Source: Patescibacteria group bacterium
GTDB lineage: Bacteria; Patescibacteriota; Patescibacteriia; UM-FILTER-42-10
Length of the DNA stretch: 64,000 nt
Direction of reading: 5' to 3'
Assembly: GCA_041664365.1 (NCBI GenBank)
Contig: JBAYKW010000004.1
Location: 11,013-75,012, forward strand
A program made the translations under genes and the position numbers. This document shows positions 1 to 10,577 of the stretch, piece by piece. The notes beneath the pieces are model-generated. The model was given only the letters and a program-made list of their open reading frames with translations, searched no databases and was not told the DNA's origin. Position 1 is the first letter of the stretch. Every line of letters starts with the position of its first letter.

Positions 1-762
1 TGCCAGATTATAAATCATTCCGGTGAATATTTCCGGTTTGAGACTGGAACCACCGACTAGCACACCGTGGATATTTTCGTTATCCACAAAGTCATTAATA
101 TTTTTATCATCAACACTACCGCCGTAAAGAATTCTTATTTTCTCGTCAATTGTTTTTTGCGGATACATATCTTTCAAAGTGTATTTGATCAAACCAATCG
201 CGGAATGTGCTTCGTTCGGATCTATCGCTTCTCCCCTGCCGATTACCCACACTGGTTCATAGGCAATGATCAGCTGGTTAAAACGATCAATGCCTTTTAA
301 GGCGTTGGCAATTTCATTCATAATTACTATATCTCTTTTGCCGTCCTGGCGTTCCTCATATTTCTCACCTACACAGATGATAGGAACTAAACCGTATTGC
401 AAGGCCAGTTTCACTTTCTTATTGATTTCAACATCGGTTTCGCATAAATGGATACGTCTTTCGGAATGTCCTAAGATTACATAATGACATCCCATGTCTT
501 TCAACATACGCACCGATACCTCTCCGGTATAAGAACCATCCTCTTTCCAGAACATATTTTGTGATCCGAGTGATATACTGGTTTTGGCAATCACTCTCTG
601 CACTCGTTCCATAGCCGGAAATGACGGACAAATCCCGATCTCAACCGGAAGACCTTCCGGTGGCAGACCGGCTACAACTTTTTTAGCAATTGTTTCCGAC
701 TCATAGGGAGTCAGATTCATCTTCCAGTTACCGATTACGAAAGGAAAGTTTAGTCCAGGCAT
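1..762 (-). CDS. tpiA: Triosephosphate isomerase (3' end runs off the window)
   Basis: Not in the ORF track. Manual translation from ATG 762 gives MPGLNFPFVIGNWKMN...ILGHSERR...IAYEPVWVIG...ILYGGSV...LVGGSSL, the TIM motifs; frame open to position 1. Confidence 0.95.
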   Translation of the reverse strand, partial: MPGLNFPFVIGNWKMNLTPYESETIAKKVVAGLPPEGLPVEIGICPSFPAMERVQRVIAKTSISLGSQNMFWKEDGSYTGEVSVRMLKDMGCHYVILGHSERRIHLCETDVEINKKVKLALQYGLVPIICVGEKYEERQDGKRDIVIMNEIANALKGIDRFNQLIIAYEPVWVIGRGEAIDPNEAHSAIGLIKYTLKDMYPQKTIDEKIRILYGGSVDDKNINDFVDNENIHGVLVGGSSLKPEIFTGMIYNLA

Positions 763-772
763 ATAATTGTAT

Positions 773-1267
773 TTAAATTATTGATTTAGCCCCCAAACTA
801 ATAAGCGTTACTATTACTCCGGCGATCATTACACCCAGTGTAATCGAAACTATTGATTTTTTAAAAGGAATGCCGAACAGGAATGCCGCAATTGCACCGG
901 TCCAGGCGCCGGTCGCCGGTAAAGGAATTGCAACGAATATTGCCAATGCCAACAATCCCCATTTTTCGTACTTTGCAGCAAATTTTTTCCGTGTTCGTAA
1001 AAATAACCAGTCGAAAAACTTTTTGAAAAATTTGGAGTGTGCGGATAGCCAGCGGGAAAATGGTTCCAATAGCCACAGAATAAATATTACTGGAAAAATA
1101 TTACCTGCAACGCTTAAAAAATAACTTTCTAATACCGGCAGATCATATACCCCGAGTGCAATCGGGATTGATGCGCGCAGTTCTGCAATCGGCAGCATAG
1201 CGATTAAAACCGTCGCCCATTCCGGTGAAATATTGTTGAATAATCCTGCGTAATCTATGTTCAGCAT
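773..1267 (-). CDS. Small multi-drug export family membrane protein
   Basis: Motifs LPIAELRASIP and FVAIPLPATGAWTG; hydrophobic. Confidence 0.8.
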   Translation of the reverse strand: MLNIDYAGLFNNISPEWATVLIAMLPIAELRASIPIALGVYDLPVLESYFLSVAGNIFPVIFILWLLEPFSRWLSAHSKFFKKFFDWLFLRTRKKFAAKYEKWGLLALAIFVAIPLPATGAWTGAIAAFLFGIPFKKSIVSITLGVMIAGVIVTLISLGAKSII

Positions 1268-1291
1268 ACAATAATGGTTACCTTTTGTAAA

Positions 1292-2221
1292 TTAATTTTT
1301 CCACTCAAAGTTATCAAATGCCCAAGTCGTTAATGCTTTGACTTCCTCAAATCTGGTATCACTGGATTTGCTACCAAGTACCACGACAATCACTTCATTT
1401 CCATTCTCATTTTCGGCCTGTGCCACCATGCAGTATCCGGCATCATATGTGAATCCGGTTTTCGCACCGGTTATATTCAAATAACTGTCGAGTAAAACAT
1501 TCTGAGAAATTTGCTTATGAAATTCTCTATTATCAAGTGTTATAAAAGAATGCTCCCTGCGGGTCGTTGCATCGCTGATTTTTGCTTGAGAAAAAGCCAC
1601 CTTACCCAATTTAGCCAGATCAATTACTGTCGATATATTTTTTGAATCAAGACCCGTTGGCTCAACATATAGCGTGTTATTCATACCGAGACTTTCGGCT
1701 TTTTTATTCATCTCTGCAACAAACTCCTCCCCTGTTAAACCTGTTGCATGGACCAAGGCTTGAGTGGCGTTATTCGCTGATCCGACCAGAGTAGCATAAA
1801 AAAGATCCTCCAGGGTCATGTGATCATTACTTTTTACCTGCACCCGGGATCCTTCCAGACTGTTCTCGCCCACACCGATCTGGCCGATCTGATCAAAACC
1901 GGGATTGTTTTCCAGAAAAACAAGTGTAGTCATTAGTTTGGTAACGCTAGCAATTGAGTGTTGCTGGTCCGGTTCCTTTTGAAATAATATTTTACCGGTT
2001 GCTTTATCCATTACCAACGCAGAACTTGAAGTTAAAAAAATTCCTGAACTGTCGGAAACTTTTTCCGGCACAGAATCCGCGGACGCTACCGACTCCTGAA
2101 CTTTCATCTGAACAACATTGTTTCCATCTATAACAGATGACAACTCTCCGCTCGCACCCTGAATAATCGGTGGAAACAGCTGGCCGAAAAAAACAATTCC
2201 AATTATCAGATAGTAAACCAT
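1292..2221 (-). CDS. D-alanyl-D-alanine carboxypeptidase/endopeptidase (peptidase S11)
   Basis: SxxK (SVTK), SxN (SAN) and KTG motifs; N-terminal signal/anchor. Confidence 0.9.
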   Translation of the reverse strand: MVYYLIIGIVFFGQLFPPIIQGASGELSSVIDGNNVVQMKVQESVASADSVPEKVSDSSGIFLTSSSALVMDKATGKILFQKEPDQQHSIASVTKLMTTLVFLENNPGFDQIGQIGVGENSLEGSRVQVKSNDHMTLEDLFYATLVGSANNATQALVHATGLTGEEFVAEMNKKAESLGMNNTLYVEPTGLDSKNISTVIDLAKLGKVAFSQAKISDATTRREHSFITLDNREFHKQISQNVLLDSYLNITGAKTGFTYDAGYCMVAQAENENGNEVIVVVLGSKSSDTRFEEVKALTTWAFDNFEWKN

Positions 2222-2223
2222 AC

Positions 2224-2802
2224 TTATATTTGTTCTTCCTTCGCTTTTTCAACACTATCTTCTTCCCCGTCTTCATGTAAAAGGGCTTCCAGATTGTTAT
2301 CACTATTTAACTTTTCATAGTCCGGTAATTCCTTTACATCATTTATCCCAAGAAATCTCATGAAATCAAAAGTAATCCGATAATAGGTTAATTTGTTTAA
2401 ATTATTTTCCTCACCTTCAATCAAACCCTTAATCAGCAGGTTACGTAAGATAAGACTGCAATTAACCCCCCTAATCATTTCCAGCTCACCCTTTGTTACC
2501 GGCGCCCGGTAAGCAATAATGGTTAGCGTCTCAAGCGACGGTTTGGTCAGTTCGCCAGTCTGTTCGTCTTTCAAGTATTCCCGTACAACATTGGCGTTAT
2601 CGGGACTGGATACCAACTCAAATTTACTGCCGTCACGCATCAGGGCAATCCCCAGTTTCTCGCCGTTATACTTTTCCATCAGTTCCTGCAGAGCATCCTC
2701 AACCTCCTTTTTCTCTTTTTTTACAATCTCCGCCAGCTTGTTGGCAGTAAGCGGTTTGTTTGCGATGAATAATAGGCTTTCAATTTCCGAAGATAATGAC
2801 AT
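2224..2802 (-). CDS. scpB: SMC-Scp complex subunit ScpB
   Basis: IESLLF, LETLTIIAYRAPVT, IRGVN; next to scpA. Confidence 0.95.
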   Translation of the reverse strand: MSLSSEIESLLFIANKPLTANKLAEIVKKEKKEVEDALQELMEKYNGEKLGIALMRDGSKFELVSSPDNANVVREYLKDEQTGELTKPSLETLTIIAYRAPVTKGELEMIRGVNCSLILRNLLIKGLIEGEENNLNKLTYYRITFDFMRFLGINDVKELPDYEKLNSDNNLEALLHEDGEEDSVEKAKEEQI

Positions 2803-2820
2803 TCTATATAATATTAATAT

Positions 2821-3537
2821 TTATATGTCTTCTAAATTATTATTTTGTTCAATATATATTTCTTCAAACACACTTTCCTGCATAACCACCACTGAACGCT
2901 GTTTCACCAGTTCTAAAAGGGCAAGGAAAGTAACGATTACTTCTGTTTTATTTTTCGATTGGGTCAATAGATTTTTAAAACTTAATCTGGCTTCCGTTGA
3001 GATCGCTGTTTTAATCTGAGATATTTTTTCCTGGATGGAAACAGTTCTTTTAATCATCTCCTGCGGCAGTTTCACAATCGGCTCAATTCTTTCCAGCACT
3101 TCTTGGAAATAATCGCGCAGATCTTTTGCACAAATTCCTTGGGGAGGATTAAAAATCGGCTCAACCGTACGGACACGGGAAGACTCTCTGAAATATGAGA
3201 ATTTTTTTCTGCCGATCATTTTCTGGATATGTTTTGAAGCATCATAATATATCCGATATATTTTCAGTTGTTTTTCCAGATCACCGGCTTCTTCTTCACC
3301 GTCTAATTGCAGTGACGGCAATAATAATTTTGATTTGATCAGTAATAACTTAGCAGCCACTACTAAAAAATCAGCCAGATCACCGGGTGGCAGATCCTGT
3401 ACTTGCTCAATATATGCCAGATATTGTTCCGCAATATTAGCCAGTGATACTTCCGTTATATCCAGCTCTTCTTTTTCAATCAACTGCAATAATAATGGCA
3501 GTGGACCCTGGAATTGTTCTAACTCTATTTTATACAT
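2821..3537 (-). CDS. scpA: Segregation and condensation protein ScpA
   Basis: FQGPLPLLLQLI, KSKLLLP, VTFLALLELVK. Confidence 0.95.
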   Translation of the reverse strand: MYKIELEQFQGPLPLLLQLIEKEELDITEVSLANIAEQYLAYIEQVQDLPPGDLADFLVVAAKLLLIKSKLLLPSLQLDGEEEAGDLEKQLKIYRIYYDASKHIQKMIGRKKFSYFRESSRVRTVEPIFNPPQGICAKDLRDYFQEVLERIEPIVKLPQEMIKRTVSIQEKISQIKTAISTEARLSFKNLLTQSKNKTEVIVTFLALLELVKQRSVVVMQESVFEEIYIEQNNNLEDI

Positions 3538-3588
3538 TTATGAATTTACTAAATAAAAAACGCTGCTTGCGATTCTGTTTTCTGTGAA

Positions 3589-4161
3589 TCATTTTTTCTT
3601 TTTGGTTTTTCCTTTTTTTGAATTTTTCTTTGCTACCCTCTTCTTGGCTTTCTTTTTATTTTTTGACTGTTTCGGTTTTACAATCACATCGGACATGAAC
3701 TTTTTGGCGAATACGCCCTGAATCGGATCTACAATTTTTATATAATCCTTTACCTTCATTGCAATCGACTCCTTAAAAGAACCGGAGCCGAGCAGAACCC
3801 TGATTGATTTGTTCAGCGATTTATCCATTACAACTTTTGTTTTATGGATAAAGCCAAACGGAGTGATTGCCCCCGGTTTTACCTTGAATATTTTCTGCAT
3901 CACATTCTCTTTGGCAATGGAAATCTTTTTGGCATTCAGTATTTTTTTCAGTTTGGCGAGATCCAGACGGTAATGCGCCGGCAGAACAACCAGGTAATAT
4001 TCTTTATCAGTTTTAACCAGTAGTGTCTTGGCAATTTCACTTAATTTCAGCTTCAGAGTATTGGCCAAATCAAAAGCGGTATAAACTTTTTTATGTTCTA
4101 CAATTTCGTAATTTATTTTATCCTGATCGAGATACCCCAGCAGTTTTTTTGGAATTGGCAT
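3589..4161 (-). CDS. YbaK/EbsC (aminoacyl-tRNA editing) family protein with Lys-rich tail
   Basis: IAKTLLVK and PGAITPFG motifs. Confidence 0.85.
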   Translation of the reverse strand: MPIPKKLLGYLDQDKINYEIVEHKKVYTAFDLANTLKLKLSEIAKTLLVKTDKEYYLVVLPAHYRLDLAKLKKILNAKKISIAKENVMQKIFKVKPGAITPFGFIHKTKVVMDKSLNKSIRVLLGSGSFKESIAMKVKDYIKIVDPIQGVFAKKFMSDVIVKPKQSKNKKKAKKRVAKKNSKKGKTKKKK

Positions 4162-4176
4162 ATTTTTTGGTTATTA

Positions 4177-4488
4177 TTATTTTTGATCTTCCACCAGATT
4201 AATATCAATTACAATCCCCTTTTGATGTTCAGCAATCCAGTTATAGATAAAAGCAATAACAAATCCGGAAATCATTCCCATTACATAGGACATTAGGATT
4301 AGTCCTAGGATCCCCCCAATTCCTAAAAGTATCCATGAAGATCCTGCGTCCATATAACCGAATCCGCCGGAGAAAAGAATCATCATACCGGTATATGGCA
4401 GGCTGATTACAATCGAAAGAGCGACTGTGATCAAGCTCGTCATCCTGGCCAGCGACCAGGGATTAATTTTTGATACTTCGTATTTCAT
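4177..4488 (-). CDS. Small two-TM membrane protein (DUF3566-like)
   Basis: INPWSLAR N-terminus, two hydrophobic helices, AFIYNWIA...GI C-terminus. Confidence 0.55.
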   Translation of the reverse strand: MKYEVSKINPWSLARMTSLITVALSIVISLPYTGMMILFSGGFGYMDAGSSWILLGIGGILGLILMSYVMGMISGFVIAFIYNWIAEHQKGIVIDINLVEDQK

Positions 4489-4499
4489 AAGGAATCAGA

Positions 4500-5093
4500 T
4501 TATAAATTATTCTTGTTAACTACCTTCTTCTGCATAAATACAGTAAGGGCGGTAAATATTACGGCCAGAATTGCAAGAATAATATAGATGGCACCATTCG
4601 GGAATTGGTAGCTGATGACAACCATGATTTCGATTAATAAATGAAACAGCATCCAGAACGCAAATACCATATATCCGTATGTCACTACGAACCAGTTTGG
4701 TTGTCTTTTTTTCACGTTGAACATGTAGTACATCAGGAAGGTAAGTAGAAATATTGGTATGATGAATGCGGAGTGTATTAGTAACTTATACATAATGTAG
4801 TCCGCTTTTTGAGTTGTCGGATAATAAATTCTCGCCTGAGAAAGTCCGGATTTTTCATAAGATAGCCCAGCACTGTAGTAATTTGATCCACTGGAACTAT
4901 TGGAATATTCAGAAACAATCGGGTTAGCAGCTTTGTTTAAATCAAATATTATCCTTTCGCCAAGCAAAATGATTACTATTGCCATGATAATTGTAAATAC
5001 CACTCCTAACGCTGAAACTGATTTTTGTTTTTTTTGCTTACCATTTACCGCCTTCGGTTGGGCAGTTTCTTTTAGTATGTCTTTTTGAGCCAT
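4500..5093 (-). CDS. Hypothetical membrane protein
   Basis: 197-aa ORF with about 4 TM segments in a co-oriented gene run. Confidence 0.7.
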   Translation of the reverse strand: MAQKDILKETAQPKAVNGKQKKQKSVSALGVVFTIIMAIVIILLGERIIFDLNKAANPIVSEYSNSSSGSNYYSAGLSYEKSGLSQARIYYPTTQKADYIMYKLLIHSAFIIPIFLLTFLMYYMFNVKKRQPNWFVVTYGYMVFAFWMLFHLLIEIMVVISYQFPNGAIYIILAILAVIFTALTVFMQKKVVNKNNL

Positions 5094-5114
5094 ATATTTC
5101 TAACTAATTATTAG

Positions 5115-6860
5115 TTATTTTTTATCTTTTGACTGATGATTTAATAAAAATAAAATTGCAAAAGTCAGGATTACACCAAATGAAATTACAATATAAAAGA
5201 TTAATTTATTGCCGTCATCCTCTGTGCCCGGTGCGTTGACTGGAGTATTGTTTTCAGCATCCCTTAAAAATAGGTCCTCAGTCATTTCGCTATAAGCCAT
5301 GGACCTGCTCATCTTTGTCAAAAAATATTTTCCTTCCGCCGGTTTAATCCAAGGATTGCCCTGATCATTTACTGCTAACTGCTCAATTTCAGATTTTTTT
5401 ATCCAGCCGGCATACTCTGTTGTAAAGTTAGACAACTCCTTCTTATTTTTATCAAAGACATACAGGACAATAGATGCCGTATTACTATAATACGGTCTAA
5501 TTTGTGAAATATTTGAACTGACATATACCAGTTCATTCCCGGATACCTCCTCTAATAATGACGAGTTAAAGTGAGCGAGAAAAACCATATCATTATTTAA
5601 CACTAGTGCTTCACCTAGATTAACCTTATTATAATCATCCTTTATTGCATCAGCAGAACGGACAGCATCATAAATTACATATTCATCTACTGTAGCATTA
5701 ATAGAACGACTGTCATATGCACCCGAACCGATATAAAGAGTGTCATTTACATATGGACTGCTATCAATCAAGTCCTGACTTACAGCAGTAAGTGGCACAT
5801 AAGTTCCATTAAGGTAAAAGGAAGGGGTAGCACCTTTTTCCCAAGATAATGCCACCTGTTGCCAGTTGTTTAGATCTAATTCAAAATCAGCAGATGTCCA
5901 TAAATTTGTTTCATTCGTAACATCATTATGTGTTGTTAGGGTATAAGAATAATTATCTGCCGAATTTGCGGGATTTAAATCTAAACGAAAAGGCAAGGCC
6001 CCATCATCATTACTCCTGACAGTCGCAATATTGGCTATTTTATATTCTCCCGCCGTCCAATTAGGCTTAAACCAAGTTTCAATAGTGCCGGCCTCACTCT
6101 TAATTGCATTTTCCGCCGGTATAGTTAGCTTATCATTATTACCAATCCTGATTCCTTTATCAACCTTTCCTGAAGGATATTTATTGCCGATGCTATTTTC
6201 TAAAGATCCGGTTACGGAAGATATCTTCATCGGATAAACCAAGTTCTCTGTTTCAAAAGAAATAGCAACTGGTACGGCATGACCCGTTTTTAATTGCTGT
6301 GAAACGCTGTCCCAAGCTAAACTCTCCGTATTGATTTTCATCGCTACAAAAAACCATCCGTTTTCAATATAGCTGTTTAGTATGAAGCTTGCAGCTTCCG
6401 GATAAGAATAACCATTATCATTTAGCCACGTGGTTAGCGCATCTTTATCAGTTGCAGAAAGCGTCGTTACTTCATAATATTCAATCTGTTTTGTTTCTAT
6501 TACCGTAACTGAATTCTGTTCAGTACCGCTTAATGGCATAACATCATAAACCATATTGTCTTCTAATCTGTAGTTGATTCTGGTCAATTCCTCCAGAGAA
6601 GTAAACAATTCGTCGGACCCTTTGGCAATAGTCGGTTTTGCAGGAGTCGGTATCACCCAGCCGAATTTTTCCGCGTCACCCTGAAAAGTAATCGAAACTA
6701 CCATTGTCTCCACCCCGCCGTCATAAAAAATAACCGCTTTCTGGGCAGTTTCCTGTACCCAATAATCGGGCGGCGGCATGATCATTCCGTCTGCCATTGT
6801 TATTTGAGGTAAGAGCAAAGACATTAGAGCTATCGTATATATTATTTTTTTTGGTGACAT
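5115..6860 (-). CDS. DUF2330-like secreted/anchored protein with LamG-like insert
   Basis: Signal peptide, QKAVIFYD...FGWVIPTP...WLNDNGY...FFVAMK (DUF2330-like), GTIETWFKP...WQQVALSW...VDEYVIYD (LamG-like), C-terminal TM. Confidence 0.7.
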   Translation of the reverse strand: MSPKKIIYTIALMSLLLPQITMADGMIMPPPDYWVQETAQKAVIFYDGGVETMVVSITFQGDAEKFGWVIPTPAKPTIAKGSDELFTSLEELTRINYRLEDNMVYDVMPLSGTEQNSVTVIETKQIEYYEVTTLSATDKDALTTWLNDNGYSYPEAASFILNSYIENGWFFVAMKINTESLAWDSVSQQLKTGHAVPVAISFETENLVYPMKISSVTGSLENSIGNKYPSGKVDKGIRIGNNDKLTIPAENAIKSEAGTIETWFKPNWTAGEYKIANIATVRSNDDGALPFRLDLNPANSADNYSYTLTTHNDVTNETNLWTSADFELDLNNWQQVALSWEKGATPSFYLNGTYVPLTAVSQDLIDSSPYVNDTLYIGSGAYDSRSINATVDEYVIYDAVRSADAIKDDYNKVNLGEALVLNNDMVFLAHFNSSLLEEVSGNELVYVSSNISQIRPYYSNTASIVLYVFDKNKKELSNFTTEYAGWIKKSEIEQLAVNDQGNPWIKPAEGKYFLTKMSRSMAYSEMTEDLFLRDAENNTPVNAPGTEDDGNKLIFYIVISFGVILTFAILFLLNHQSKDKK

Positions 6861-6874
6861 TTTTTTATAGTAAA

Positions 6875-7180
6875 TTATTTACTTTTATTGAATGGTAACA
6901 ATTGTTGCTCACCCAAAAGCTTCATTGTTTCCTTCCGGCCTTTTCTGGTCAACTGCACTTCTTCAATAAACCACTTCTTTGGCGTCCTTCGTCCATACCC
7001 GATCATTAAACCTTTATCTATCAGACGCTCTATGCTTTTTGTAATAATCCCCTGCTGATCAGCAGACTTCGGAGCATTTTTTTTCTTTTCATAAAACTTC
7101 AAGAGCTGCTTTCGTTTACTTCTTCCCTTACTTTGTAAAAGATTAAGCAGAATATACTTTTGGAGCTGCGATACTCTCAT
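6875..7180 (-). CDS. Hypothetical basic protein (possible winged helix)
   Basis: 101 aa; SIERLIDKGLM...VQLTRKG pattern. Confidence 0.6.
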   Translation of the reverse strand: MRVSQLQKYILLNLLQSKGRSKRKQLLKFYEKKKNAPKSADQQGIITKSIERLIDKGLMIGYGRRTPKKWFIEEVQLTRKGRKETMKLLGEQQLLPFNKSK

Positions 7181-7183
7181 TGA

Positions 7184-8584
7184 TCACTTTTTTAAATTCA
7201 ATTTAATATGCAGATCATCCAACTGCTGTTCGCTGACCGCTGATGGCGAATTCATGAGCAGATCGCGGTTGTCGCCCGTCTTCGGAAATGCCACAACCTC
7301 TCGGACATTGGTTCGGTTAAGCAATATCATTAACAGCCGGTCAATTCCCGGCGCGATTCCGCCATGTGGCGGAACGCCGTATTGAAAAGCTTCCAGCAAG
7401 TGCCCGAATTGTTCGTGTGCCTCTTCTTTGGAAATACCAACTAATTCCAAAATCTTTTCCTGTATTTTATGATCATAAATCCTTAAACTGCCCCCACCGA
7501 CTTCATATCCGTTTAACACTAAGTCATGCTGCCAAGAACGGGCCTTGAGCGGTTCATATTCCAGTAACGGCAAATCCTCAGTGCGCGGAGCGGTAAAGAT
7601 ATGATGAAACGGCACATGCTTTCCGTCTTTCAGTTCCGGTTCAAAATATGGCCAGTCAACGATAAAGCAAAATGCCAGCTCGTTCGGATCATTTTTATTC
7701 ATCCGGATATCCGGTTTATCATTTCCATATTTTTCCATCGCTTCCTGATACGTGATACGGGGCCATGGAGAAAAGGTAATCTTTTTTTCCGGAAATAATT
7801 CCGTAACCAGCTTAGTGAACATTCTTTCCGTCAGATTCAGTATCTCATCCTGGCTCATAAATGACATTTCCATATCCAACTGATAGAACTGGTCCGGTGC
7901 ACGGTCAGAACGGGAATCTTCATCTCTAAAACACGGTGCAATCTGAAAATATTTTTCAAATCCAGCCACCATTAACAGCTGTTTATACTGCTGTGGTGAT
8001 TGTGGCAGGGCATAAAATTTACCCGGGTATACTCGGGAAGGAACCAGATAATCCCTTGCACCTTCAGGAGTAGATTTACCCATAATCGGTGTCTCTATTT
8101 CAATAAACCCTTCCGTATGTAAAAAATCCCTGATGTACTTATTAAATTTGGAGCGCATAATTACCATCTTTTTATTTGAATCTCTGCGCAGATCCAAGTA
8201 CCGGTATTTATAACGAATCTCTTCCGCCACTTCTTCTTTATCATTTTCCACTATTTCAAATGGAGGAGTCTTAGACTCGGTAAGAATGTTTAATTCCAGC
8301 GCTTCTATTTCAACATTACCGGTCGCCATGTTTTTGTTGACCAGTTTCTCCGGGCGTTCATTAACCTGCCCGATAATTTCCACCACAAATTCCGGTCGAA
8401 GTTCCTTCGCTTTGTTTACCAATTCTTCATTGCCCGGTAGAAAAACCACCTGCACGATTCCCGATACGTCGCGCAAATCTACAAAGACCATTTTACCCAT
8501 TCGGCGCGCAGACTGAACCCAACCGTTAAGTTTTACTTTCTTGCTGATATGACCGGCGGTTTCAGTAATTAAAATGCGTTTCAT
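7184..8584 (-). CDS. aspS: Aspartate--tRNA ligase (short form without GAD domain)
   Basis: OB fold, STPEGARDYLVPSR, CFRDED, PPHGGIAPGIDR. Confidence 0.95.
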   Translation of the reverse strand: MKRILITETAGHISKKVKLNGWVQSARRMGKMVFVDLRDVSGIVQVVFLPGNEELVNKAKELRPEFVVEIIGQVNERPEKLVNKNMATGNVEIEALELNILTESKTPPFEIVENDKEEVAEEIRYKYRYLDLRRDSNKKMVIMRSKFNKYIRDFLHTEGFIEIETPIMGKSTPEGARDYLVPSRVYPGKFYALPQSPQQYKQLLMVAGFEKYFQIAPCFRDEDSRSDRAPDQFYQLDMEMSFMSQDEILNLTERMFTKLVTELFPEKKITFSPWPRITYQEAMEKYGNDKPDIRMNKNDPNELAFCFIVDWPYFEPELKDGKHVPFHHIFTAPRTEDLPLLEYEPLKARSWQHDLVLNGYEVGGGSLRIYDHKIQEKILELVGISKEEAHEQFGHLLEAFQYGVPPHGGIAPGIDRLLMILLNRTNVREVVAFPKTGDNRDLLMNSPSAVSEQQLDDLHIKLNLKK

Positions 8585-8587
8585 TTT

Positions 8588-9880
8588 TTATGGTTTAAGT
8601 CTGTTTAATAACCTCGGGAAAGGAATGGTCTCACGGACATGGTCCAGCCCGCAGATCCAGGCAACGGTCCGCTCCAAACCAATGCCAAAACCGGCATGCG
8701 GTACAGAACCATAGCGGCGCAGATCTACATACCATTCAAAATCTTTTTGAGACAGTTTATGTTCTTTAATCCTTTGTTCCAATAATTTAAGATCCCAGAT
8801 TCTTTCCGAACCGCCGATAATCTCACCATACCCTTCCGGAGCCAGCATGTCGTCACATAGCACAACATCCGGATCTTCCGGATCCGGTTGCATATAAAAT
8901 GCTTTGATCTTGGTCGGATAATGGGTGACAAAAACCGGCGTATCGAATTGTTTCATCAGCATTGTTTCATCATCCGCTCCCAGATCCTCCCCCGCTTTAA
9001 TATCTGAACCCAATTCATGAAGTTTCTTCACCACGTCCGAATAACGCATCCGAGGGAAAGGCGCTTTAACTTTTTCCAGAAATTTTATATCCCTTTCTAA
9101 AAGTGCTAATTCAGTTTTCATCGATTTAAGAATATTGGATACCACGTAAGAAACTAGTTTTTCCTGTACTTTCAAATTTTCTTCGTGTTGCATGAAAGCA
9201 GCCTCGGCATCCAGCATCCAGAATTCCATCATATGCCTGCGGGTTTTGGATTTTTCCGCGCGGAATGTCGGACCAAAATCATAAACCTTGCCCAGCGACA
9301 TAGCCATCGCTTCCAAATACAGCTGGCCGGATTGGGAAAGATAAGCCGTCTCTTCAAAATACTGGGTTGAGAAAAGTGTAGTGGTTCCTTCACATGCTGT
9401 TGGAGTCAGTATCGGGCTGTCGGTCAGAGTAAATCCTTCATTTCTGAAAAATTCCCGCATCAGCCAGATTATTTCATTACGTACTTTCATGATTGCCACT
9501 TGCCTTTCGGATCGCAGCCACAAATGACGGTTATCCAGAAGAAAATCAACCCCGTGTTCTTTCTTGGAAATTGGATATTCTAAAGCCACTTGCAGTATTT
9601 TAATGTCTTTCACCTGCATCTCGTACCCGTATGGTGAACGTTTATCTTCATTGACCACCCCGGTTACTGTTACGCTGGATTCCATGGTTATTTTTTCGCA
9701 GACTTCCCATACTTCTTCCGAAACCTCATTTTTGCTGATAACCGCCTGGATTCTCCCCGTTCCGTCCCTCAGCTGTAGGAAGAATATCTTGCCGGAAGAG
9801 CGGAAATTAAAAACCCAGGACTGTAATTGTACATCCTGACCCAAGTTCTTTGAAACTTCTGATATGCTGATTTTTTCCAT
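8588..9880 (-). CDS. asnS: Asparagine--tRNA ligase
   Basis: [37 protein letters not shown]. Confidence 0.93.
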   Translation of the reverse strand: MEKISISEVSKNLGQDVQLQSWVFNFRSSGKIFFLQLRDGTGRIQAVISKNEVSEEVWEVCEKITMESSVTVTGVVNEDKRSPYGYEMQVKDIKILQVALEYPISKKEHGVDFLLDNRHLWLRSERQVAIMKVRNEIIWLMREFFRNEGFTLTDSPILTPTACEGTTTLFSTQYFEETAYLSQSGQLYLEAMAMSLGKVYDFGPTFRAEKSKTRRHMMEFWMLDAEAAFMQHEENLKVQEKLVSYVVSNILKSMKTELALLERDIKFLEKVKAPFPRMRYSDVVKKLHELGSDIKAGEDLGADDETMLMKQFDTPVFVTHYPTKIKAFYMQPDPEDPDVVLCDDMLAPEGYGEIIGGSERIWDLKLLEQRIKEHKLSQKDFEWYVDLRRYGSVPHAGFGIGLERTVAWICGLDHVRETIPFPRLLNRLKP

Positions 9881-9936
9881 AATTCAGTCCCTACTATAGC
9901 ATTTTTATTGCACAATTGCAAACATATAGTAATAAA

Positions 9937-9959
9937 ATACGGGGCATATAACCCCGTAT
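9937..9959 (-). terminator. Hairpin between the membrane gene and asnS
   Basis: atacgggg-catataa-ccccgtat inverted repeat with a short T run on the minus strand. Confidence 0.5.
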
Positions 9960-9978
9960 CCATAAAACAGCATAATAT

Positions 9979-10560
9979 CTATTGTTTTTTCCTTTTCAAC
10001 ATCCAATTACCGACCAGAACAACCAATAATGGACCCAATGTATCATAGGCCAAATCTGAAGATGTATCATACCGCGCGCCAACCCTCTGCATTTCAAACA
10101 TTAAATCACCATAAAATTCTGTTAATTCATATAATACTGTAACCAACACTGCTACCGATAAAACATAAGCTGAAAAATGGAAATTTGAAAGATTGATGTG
10201 TCCCCTTTTTTTCAGAATAAGAAAAATATTATAGACTATCACCGCTACCGACAATGACCCGGAAAAATGCGCCAAATCATCCCACCAGGAATATTTAGTA
10301 TATAAATACATAAAATTACCGATAGCGTCTAACCATACGCTTAATGCAATTACAAATATCACAAACCAAGGCAGAGAGACTTGAAATTTTTTCTTAACAT
10401 AACTATCAGCAACTACGAATGCCCCTCCGGCGAATATCGCGGTAAGCGCTAAGGCAATTCTTCGATCAAAAGCATCATAATTAACAATCAGCTCAATGCC
10501 GACCAGAACGATGAAGCTAAGTAACAAAATATTTACTAATATTTTATTTTTTTCATTCAT
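9979..10560 (-). CDS. Membrane protein (DUF2238-like)
   Basis: WWDDLAHF, YELTEF, DTSSDL pattern with several TM helices. Confidence 0.6.
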   Translation of the reverse strand: MNEKNKILVNILLLSFIVLVGIELIVNYDAFDRRIALALTAIFAGGAFVVADSYVKKKFQVSLPWFVIFVIALSVWLDAIGNFMYLYTKYSWWDDLAHFSGSLSVAVIVYNIFLILKKRGHINLSNFHFSAYVLSVAVLVTVLYELTEFYGDLMFEMQRVGARYDTSSDLAYDTLGPLLVVLVGNWMLKRKKQ

Positions 10561-10577
10561 AAATTTATTTGATTTGG

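Noticed and set aside
67-631. Short ORFs 67-300, 266-484 and 428-631
   Set aside because: Shadows of tpiA, which occupies 1-762 on the minus strand.
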